Source: Gemmatimonadota bacterium
GTDB lineage: Bacteria; Gemmatimonadota; Gemmatimonadetes; Gemmatimonadales; GWC2-71-9
Assembly (NCBI GenBank): GCA_025358055.1
Contig: JANYKV010000136.1
Location: 316 to 64,315 of the forward strand
Length of the DNA stretch: 64,000 nt
Direction of reading: 5' to 3'
Part shown: piece after piece, positions 58,577 through 64,000 of the stretch
Position numbering within the stretch: position 1 is the first letter of the stretch
How the letters are laid out: each line of letters opens with the position of its first letter
Notes under the pieces: model-generated
Seen by the model: only the letters and a program-made list of their open reading frames with translations
The model's database searches: none
Told to the model about the DNA's origin: nothing
Program-made: the position numbers and the translations under genes

Positions 58577-59701
58577 ATGAAAATCGGGATTACCTGTTAC
58601 CCCACCTATGGCGGCTCCGGGGCACTTGCCACCGAGCTGGGTCTCGAGTTAGCCCGGCGTGGGCACGAGGTGCATTTCATTGCCTACGCCTCGCCGTTCC
58701 GGCTCCGCGGATATGCCGAACGAGTCTACTTCCATGAGGTCGACACGGTCACGGGAAGGTATCCCCTCTTTGAGCACTATCCGTACACCCTAGCGCTTGC
58801 CTCAAAGCAACACGAGGTCGCGTTGCGGGAACACTTGGACATTCTGCATGTCCACTATGCCATTCCGCACGCCACCACCGCATGGATTGCGCGCGAAATG
58901 CTCCAGGCGGAGTGGCCCCTCCGGGTCATCACCACACTCCACGGCACCGATATCACGCTGGTTGGGCAAGAGTCGAGCTTCTTCGCGATCACGAAATTTT
59001 CCATTGAACGCTCCGATGCGGTCACCGCGGTGTCGAAGTATCTCCGTGACGAGACCCTACGGGCCTTTGGGTGCGCCAATTCTGACATCCAGGTGATCCC
59101 GAACTTCGTGAATCTTGAGGAGTATCACCCGGTCTTCCCCAAGCGCCGAGATGGGCTGGCTCCCGAAGGGCATAAGCTCATTACGCACGTGTCGAATTTT
59201 CGCGAAGTGAAACGCGTCAAAGACGTCGTGCGGGTGTTTGCCCGCATCCGCCGTGCGATGCCTGCCACCTTGCTCATGATCGGGGACGGCCCCGAGCGTG
59301 AAGATGCGGAACACGAAGCGAGGGAGCTGGCGGTGGCCGATGATGTACGATTCCTCGGACGGCTGACGTCGGTGGCTGAACTGCTCCAGAAGAGCGATTT
59401 GTTCGTCCTTCCCACCCAGGCCGAATCCTTCGGGCTCGCGGCGCTCGAAGCCATGGCCTGCGGAACTCCAGTGGTCTCGACTCGCGCCGGAGGGCTTCCG
59501 GAAGTGGTCGTGGACGGCGTGAGCGGCATTCTCGAGCCGCCTGGATCGGTCGAAGCCATGGGGCGACGGGCGGTGGATCTTCTTCGGGATCCGGTGCGTC
59601 ATGCGGCTATGGCTGCCGCGGCCGTTGCGCGGGCCCAGGAATTCGCCGCGGACAAGGTCGTCCCGCAATACGAAGCACTCTACCGGAGCGTTCTGTCATG
59701 A
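58577..59701 (+). CDS. bshA: N-acetyl-alpha-D-glucosaminyl L-malate synthase (bacillithiol biosynthesis glycosyltransferase)
   Basis: There is block-by-block similarity to Bacillus BshA as I remember it: MKIGITCYP..GGSG, LDILHVHYAIPHA, TTLHGTDIT, SNFR.VKRV.DVV, ESFGL..LEAMACG.P. Confidence 0.85.
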   Translation: MKIGITCYPTYGGSGALATELGLELARRGHEVHFIAYASPFRLRGYAERVYFHEVDTVTGRYPLFEHYPYTLALASKQHEVALREHLDILHVHYAIPHATTAWIAREMLQAEWPLRVITTLHGTDITLVGQESSFFAITKFSIERSDAVTAVSKYLRDETLRAFGCANSDIQVIPNFVNLEEYHPVFPKRRDGLAPEGHKLITHVSNFREVKRVKDVVRVFARIRRAMPATLLMIGDGPEREDAEHEARELAVADDVRFLGRLTSVAELLQKSDLFVLPTQAESFGLAALEAMACGTPVVSTRAGGLPEVVVDGVSGILEPPGSVEAMGRRAVDLLRDPVRHAAMAAAAVARAQEFAADKVVPQYEALYRSVLS

Positions 59702-60519
59702 ACGAAGCACTCGACGGCCTGCTGTTGCTCAAAGGGGCCGTGCTCGGCGTCGTCGAAGGCGTCACGGAATTCCTCCCGGTGTCCTCCACGGGCCACCTCA
59801 TCCTAGTCGGCGATTGGCTGCACTTTGACGGCGAGCGGGCCAAGACTTTCGAGGTGGTGATCCAACTGGGCGCCATTCTCTCGATCGTGTGGTTGAACCG
59901 AGTGATGTTGCTCAGGTTGCTGACCGGCGCGGCCCGCGACCTCCGTCAAAGGGGCCTTTTGGTTAACCTGTTCATCGCGTTTCTGCCGGCGGCAACCGTG
60001 GGCTTTGTGACTCACAAATACATCAAAGCCCATTTGTTCTCACCGAGTGTGGTAGCCGGCGCGTTCGTCGTGGGCGGTGTGCTCATCCTGCTCATCGAGC
60101 GCTGGACGCCGAAGGTCACGGCCTCGGATCTCTATCAGATCACGCCGAAGTCCGCTCTTGGCGTAGGCCTGGCGCAAGTGCTCGCGCTCATCCCGGGCAC
60201 GTCGCGTTCCGCCGCGACCATTCTCGGCGGGTACTGCTTAGGCCTCACGCGCCGAACCGCCACGGAATTCTCGTTCTTCCTTGCCATTCCGGTCATGGTC
60301 GCGGCCTCAGGGCTCGAGTTGTTCAAGGGCCGCGCGTTCCTCCACGCTAGTGACGTGCCGTTGTTTGCGGTCGGATTCATCGTAGCCTTCCTCTCCGCGC
60401 TCGTAGTGGTGAAAGCGTTTTTGAGGTATGTCGCGGGTCACAACTTCACCGCCTTCGCCTGGTATCGCATTGTATTTGGTCTGCTCATGTTCGCGTGGTA
60501 CTACGGGCCCCTGCGGTGA
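59698..60519 (+). CDS. uppP: Undecaprenyl-diphosphate phosphatase
   Basis: 273 aa with UppP/BacA motifs (VVEGVTEFLPVSSTGHL, PGTSRSAATI). ATGA overlap. Confidence 0.95.
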   Translation: MNEALDGLLLLKGAVLGVVEGVTEFLPVSSTGHLILVGDWLHFDGERAKTFEVVIQLGAILSIVWLNRVMLLRLLTGAARDLRQRGLLVNLFIAFLPAATVGFVTHKYIKAHLFSPSVVAGAFVVGGVLILLIERWTPKVTASDLYQITPKSALGVGLAQVLALIPGTSRSAATILGGYCLGLTRRTATEFSFFLAIPVMVAASGLELFKGRAFLHASDVPLFAVGFIVAFLSALVVVKAFLRYVAGHNFTAFAWYRIVFGLLMFAWYYGPLR

Positions 60520-61262
60520 GCCACAGCAGCGGCACGCTGTCCATCCTGTGGCACGATGTGCTCGATTCCACCCAAGAAACGGCTCACCAACTTGCGATCG
60601 AGGGCGCGCCGCACGGGACTGTGGTCGCCGCGCGGGCGCAACGCGCGGGGCGGGGAACGCGAGGCCGGCCGTGGGAATCGCCGCGTGGTGGGCTCTGGCT
60701 GAGCGTCATTTGCCGGTGTCAGGACGCCGCGCCGCCGGACGCAATGAGCCTCCGCATTGGTCTCGCCGTCGCGGAGACGCTCGAGTCCCTCGTTCCCCGC
60801 GCCCCCGGAATTCAAATCAAATGGCCCAACGATCTCCACATCCGCGACCGAAAAGTCGGAGGGATTCTCTGTGAGGCACGTTGGCGTGGCCCTCGGCTCG
60901 ATTGGGTGACGGTCGGGGTGGGAGTCAACGTGTGCAACGAGATTCCAGACCTACTCCGGAGGTCAGCGGTCGGGTTGGTTGAATTCGATCCGGACGTGTC
61001 GCCCGAACACCTCGTTGGGCCGGTGGCACAGTGCGTCGCCCGAGTGGCGGCGTCGCCGTTCCACCTCGCCGCGCGTGAGCTCGACAGCTTCGGACAGCGC
61101 AACTGGCTCCAGGGTCGCGAAATCACGAGTCCGTTTCGGGGTATCGCCGAAGGTATTCGAAACGACGGAGCTCTTCTGGTGCGGGAGCCGTCGGGCCAAA
61201 TCACCGCCGTCTGTTATGGAACCGTATCGGCCCCCTTGGCCACCACCCAGCGGCGGGACTAG
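60516..61262 (+). CDS. birA: Biotin--[acetyl-CoA-carboxylase] ligase (no N-terminal HTH)
   Basis: The GRGTRGRPWESP motif and KWPNDL block are present. GTG 60516 overlaps the uppP stop. Confidence 0.85.
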   Translation: MSHSSGTLSILWHDVLDSTQETAHQLAIEGAPHGTVVAARAQRAGRGTRGRPWESPRGGLWLSVICRCQDAAPPDAMSLRIGLAVAETLESLVPRAPGIQIKWPNDLHIRDRKVGGILCEARWRGPRLDWVTVGVGVNVCNEIPDLLRRSAVGLVEFDPDVSPEHLVGPVAQCVARVAASPFHLAARELDSFGQRNWLQGREITSPFRGIAEGIRNDGALLVREPSGQITAVCYGTVSAPLATTQRRD

Positions 61263-61296
61263 ATTTCGGCGGGTATCCTCTCTTCCCGGAGACATT

Positions 61297-61926
61297 ATGA
61301 CCTCGGCGGTGCGCGCGGAGTCCGACACTGACCAGACCGACCTCCCGGACCTCCTTCGTGCGGGCGCGAAACTAGGCGTGTTTCAAGCGATTGCCGTCGT
61401 CGTCTTCAGCCTCGTGTCCCGGAATCTCGACGGAGTGCTCAAGACAGTGCTTGAGGCAGTCATTGTCGCCGTCGGCATTCTCATCGTGAGCTTCCTTCCT
61501 GGCGTGTGGACCCGAGCCCGCTCGATCGAAGGCATCGCGGGCGCCGCGGGGATCGGGTTGTTCGCCGCAGCAGTGTACCTGGTCCTCGACGTCTCCTTGC
61601 TGCAACGGATGCACATGTACACCAACCGTTGGCTCGAAATTGGCGGTGGCAGCAACTGGTGGTACCATCCGGTCTGGTGGATGACCGGGACGTATCTCCC
61701 TTGGATGGGAGCGTTCATCCTGGCCAATCAGCGCGCTAAACAAGACGTTCCGTCCCTGGTCGGGGCGGTGGTTCCGGTTGCAGCGCTCGCCGTTGTGATT
61801 GCCGCGGGTGCCGTGCTGCTCCATTTTCCCGGGGCGGTCTGGAGCGTCGGCACCTTTGCGGTCGCCACTCTTCCAGCGCTCGCCCTGGCTGCGGTGATCA
61901 CATCCCGCGGAGCTCAATCCACCTAG
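61297..61926 (+). CDS. Hypothetical polytopic membrane protein
   Basis: ATG 61297. It has about 5-6 hydrophobic helices and a Trp-rich loop (SNWWYHPVWWMTGTYLPWMG). No family recognised. The upstream ORF extension overlaps birA. Confidence 0.6.
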   Translation: MTSAVRAESDTDQTDLPDLLRAGAKLGVFQAIAVVVFSLVSRNLDGVLKTVLEAVIVAVGILIVSFLPGVWTRARSIEGIAGAAGIGLFAAAVYLVLDVSLLQRMHMYTNRWLEIGGGSNWWYHPVWWMTGTYLPWMGAFILANQRAKQDVPSLVGAVVPVAALAVVIAAGAVLLHFPGAVWSVGTFAVATLPALALAAVITSRGAQST

Positions 61927-61934
61927 GACGTCCC

Positions 61935-62234
61935 ATGCGGGTGGTTCGATTCGTCCTGCGGTTGTTTGGGTGGCTGCTCACGCCGTTCGTCGCGTGGGCA
62001 GCTTCGTATTTGGGGGCATCGCTCGGTGCGACCCTCACGACCGGAATGGTGGTCGCCCGCCACGCGCTCTACGTCTCGATTGCTCTGGGCGCCCTCACCG
62101 CAGTAATAGCCGCGGCACTTTGGATCAAGCTGCTGCATCGCTCGCCTGAGCTCCGCAGTGCGCTCGCGGTGACGGAGGATGGAACCCCGGTCGTCGCGTT
62201 GGCGGATCACGGAGAGACCGAGAAGGCTGGATGA
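61935..62234 (+). CDS. Small hypothetical membrane protein (99 aa)
   Basis: There are two or three hydrophobic segments. It lies 8 nt after the previous gene and shares an ATGA overlap with the next. Confidence 0.5.
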   Translation: MRVVRFVLRLFGWLLTPFVAWAASYLGASLGATLTTGMVVARHALYVSIALGALTAVIAAALWIKLLHRSPELRSALAVTEDGTPVVALADHGETEKAG

Positions 62235-62611
62235 GGTGGGGCGCCCTCGTGCTCGCGGCGGCGTGCTCAGGTCCGACGCCTCGGCCGGCTCCGCCAGTTG
62301 AGGGTGCAAAAATAGGGCCGGCGACACAACCACCCGACTCGCTGGTACTGGCCCTCTCGAACGGGTACCAACTGTGGTTTACCGCGGCTCGTGAGGCGCA
62401 AGACACTACGGGCACGAAGTGCCGAGAACGTTCGATCGAAATTCGAAAGGGCGATCAGCGCCGCTTGGTACCGCTCCTCTACACTGTTGAAGCCCCAGTT
62501 CCTCTCACTGAGTCCGCCGTGACCGCTCGCCTTGCTGATCACTGCCGATCTGGGGTCCGGTACCGAATCGACCTCAACACCGGACGTCCCACTAGGTTGG
62601 GCCCTCAATGA
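62231..62611 (+). CDS. Hypothetical lipoprotein (126 aa)
   Basis: The signal has a lipobox-like LVLAAAC. ATGA overlaps occur on both sides. Confidence 0.55.
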   Translation: MRWGALVLAAACSGPTPRPAPPVEGAKIGPATQPPDSLVLALSNGYQLWFTAAREAQDTTGTKCRERSIEIRKGDQRRLVPLLYTVEAPVPLTESAVTARLADHCRSGVRYRIDLNTGRPTRLGPQ

Positions 62612-63582
62612 TCCGGCCGGCCCGATCCAGCGCGGCATTGCTCGCCGCTCTCCTCGTGGGCGCGCACGCGCCGGTGGGCGGGCAAAGCATTGCGCTGAGT
62701 GTTGGCCGATATTTCTCCGGCTCCGGCATGATGTTCTATCGGGCTTCCTTAGGCGGGGCATCGATTGGTGGGCTGGGGTGGGAGACTTACGGTACGCTTG
62801 CGACTGGGCCGGAGAACCTCACCGGACGATTGTTAGGGGTGGGCGGCGATCTCGTTGTGGGGCGAGGGGGTCGCGCCGGACCATATGGGATGGGCGGGAT
62901 TGCGATCGGAGTTGGGACCGGTGACCATCGGACCTTCTGGAGTTCATGGTCGGCCGGCTTGGGGTACCAGGTGATCGGCCTCGGCCCGATCGGTTTGCAG
63001 TTGGAAGGCCGCTATCGATGGCTCACCGACGGAAGGCGAACCGGAGTAGAGCTGTCGGTTCGACTCGGCGGAAACCTAGAATCAAGCCATCGGTCTACTG
63101 CTCCACCTCCGGTATCATCGAAGCCGCCGAGTGAAAGCGAACCCCTGGTTTCCTCGGCCACGACCGAGCGTGACTTTCGCGCGATTGGGTCTCGCGCTGC
63201 CTCGGTGGTGCACGTCGCGATCGAGGTTATGGGAACGCCCTATCGGTGGGGTGGTAGCTCCGGCGAGGGTTTCGATTGTTCCGGGCTGATTCAGTTTGCC
63301 TACCGCCAACAGGGAATCGAGCTTCCGCGGAGCGCCTCTGCGCAAGCCAGCGCCGGGCAGTCCGTGGACCGCGAACTCGCAAAGCTCCAAGCGGGGGACA
63401 TTCTCACCTTCTCCAACTCAGGCGGACCTGTCACTCATGTAGGTCTCTACGTGGGCGGTGGGGAATTCATCCACAGTGCAACGGGTGGAGTCCAGCGAAG
63501 CCGGCTGCAGGCAGACGATCCCTATGGCCGGTGGTGGTGGAACCGGTGGGTTGGGGTGAGGCGCGTGCTCCAAGGGGAGTGA
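62608..63582 (+). CDS. NlpC/P60-family peptidoglycan endopeptidase with Gly/aromatic-rich N-terminal domain
   Basis: The C-terminal NlpC/P60 domain has catalytic Cys in GFDCSGLIQFAY and His in VTHVGLYVGGGEFIHS. The N-terminal ~150 aa look like a small beta-barrel. Confidence 0.85.
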   Translation: MIRPARSSAALLAALLVGAHAPVGGQSIALSVGRYFSGSGMMFYRASLGGASIGGLGWETYGTLATGPENLTGRLLGVGGDLVVGRGGRAGPYGMGGIAIGVGTGDHRTFWSSWSAGLGYQVIGLGPIGLQLEGRYRWLTDGRRTGVELSVRLGGNLESSHRSTAPPPVSSKPPSESEPLVSSATTERDFRAIGSRAASVVHVAIEVMGTPYRWGGSSGEGFDCSGLIQFAYRQQGIELPRSASAQASAGQSVDRELAKLQAGDILTFSNSGGPVTHVGLYVGGGEFIHSATGGVQRSRLQADDPYGRWWWNRWVGVRRVLQGE

Positions 63583-63585
63583 GAA

Positions 63586-64000
63586 TCACTGATGTTTGTG
63601 AGCTCCATGGTCGTGGCCGCTGGCATGCCCCATGTTGTCGAGGTCGGCTAAATCGTCCTGGAGCGTGGGATCGGAGAGGTCGAGCTTGGGCCACTTCGCC
63701 ACGTCGTCCGGCGCAAAGAGACCGACCATGTGGGCCATGGCTCCGCGCTTGATGAGTTCGCCGGTGGGATTGTTGTATTGCCCGACGACGCGATACCTCT
63801 TGCCCGCCTTGAGCCGAAGCCCGGCACCAGTAACCCCGAATAGTTTCCGGGGCATGTTGGTGACCTTTCCATCTGGAGTGTGCTCGGCCTCCAGGTCCGC
63901 CATTACCTTACCCGTCTCGACATCCTCGAGGTGTACCGATACTCCGTAGTCGTGAAGGTGCCCGCCCACCGCGAGCAGCCGGCCACTCACCGGCGGAGAA
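63586..64000 (-). CDS. Hypothetical protein, C-terminal fragment (continues past the right window edge); His-rich tail
   Basis: The minus-strand frame is open to the window end. It contains GGHLHDYG ... GAMAHMVG and ends in GHASGHDHGAHKHQ. Function unknown. Confidence 0.55.
   Translation of the reverse strand, partial: SPPVSGRLLAVGGHLHDYGVSVHLEDVETGKVMADLEAEHTPDGKVTNMPRKLFGVTGAGLRLKAGKRYRVVGQYNNPTGELIKRGAMAHMVGLFAPDDVAKWPKLDLSDPTLQDDLADLDNMGHASGHDHGAHKHQ

Overview
High-GC bacterial chromosomal segment, mid-60s % GC by eye and not computed over the whole window. I call 63 protein-coding genes, and 61 of them are on the + strand. They are very tightly packed: by my count about 29 gene junctions are 1-nt or 4-nt stop/start overlaps (ATGA, GTGA, TGATG). 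The content is mostly core housekeeping. It includes argS, purM, a ribD-ribE-ribBA-ribH-nusB cluster, metK, recO, selB, clpB, tadA, topA, msrPQ, pyrR-pyrB-pyrC, rpsT, scpAB, rluB, mutL, miaA, bshA, uppP and birA. Between these are several envelope or accessory modules. (1) A SusC/SusD-type outer-membrane pair sits at the left edge. (2) An eight-gene translationally coupled hpf-hprK-PTS(mannose family EIIA/B/C/D)-ptsH-ptsI operon follows the rib cluster. (3) A cobalamin riboswitch precedes a btuFCD-like ABC importer and a beta-propeller protein. (4) A MoxR-DUF58-vWA-TPR 'Bat'-like operon ends in a BatD/TPR/SH3 fusion. (5) Several secreted beta-propeller or Ig-like proteins are present. (6) A small envelope module ends in an NlpC/P60 hydrolase. 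There are two tRNA-Ser genes (anticodons CGA and GGA). The second is followed by a ~120-bp tandem duplication that re-copies the 3' end of the tRNA. I saw no rRNA, CRISPR array, transposase or integrase. The gene content (SusCD, Bat operon, bshA, HprK) suggests an FCB-group or Gemmatimonadota-like organism, but that is inference only. I did not find compelling evidence for a wholly new multi-gene system. The best candidates for follow-up are the beta-propeller gene behind the B12-riboswitch operon, the tRNA-Ser 3'-end duplication, the orphan selB coupled to recO, the hpf-hprK-PTS super-operon, the Bat-like operon, and the AT-rich non-coding gap next to tRNA-Ser(CGA). All protein family calls come from recognising motifs by eye. 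No database search was run.
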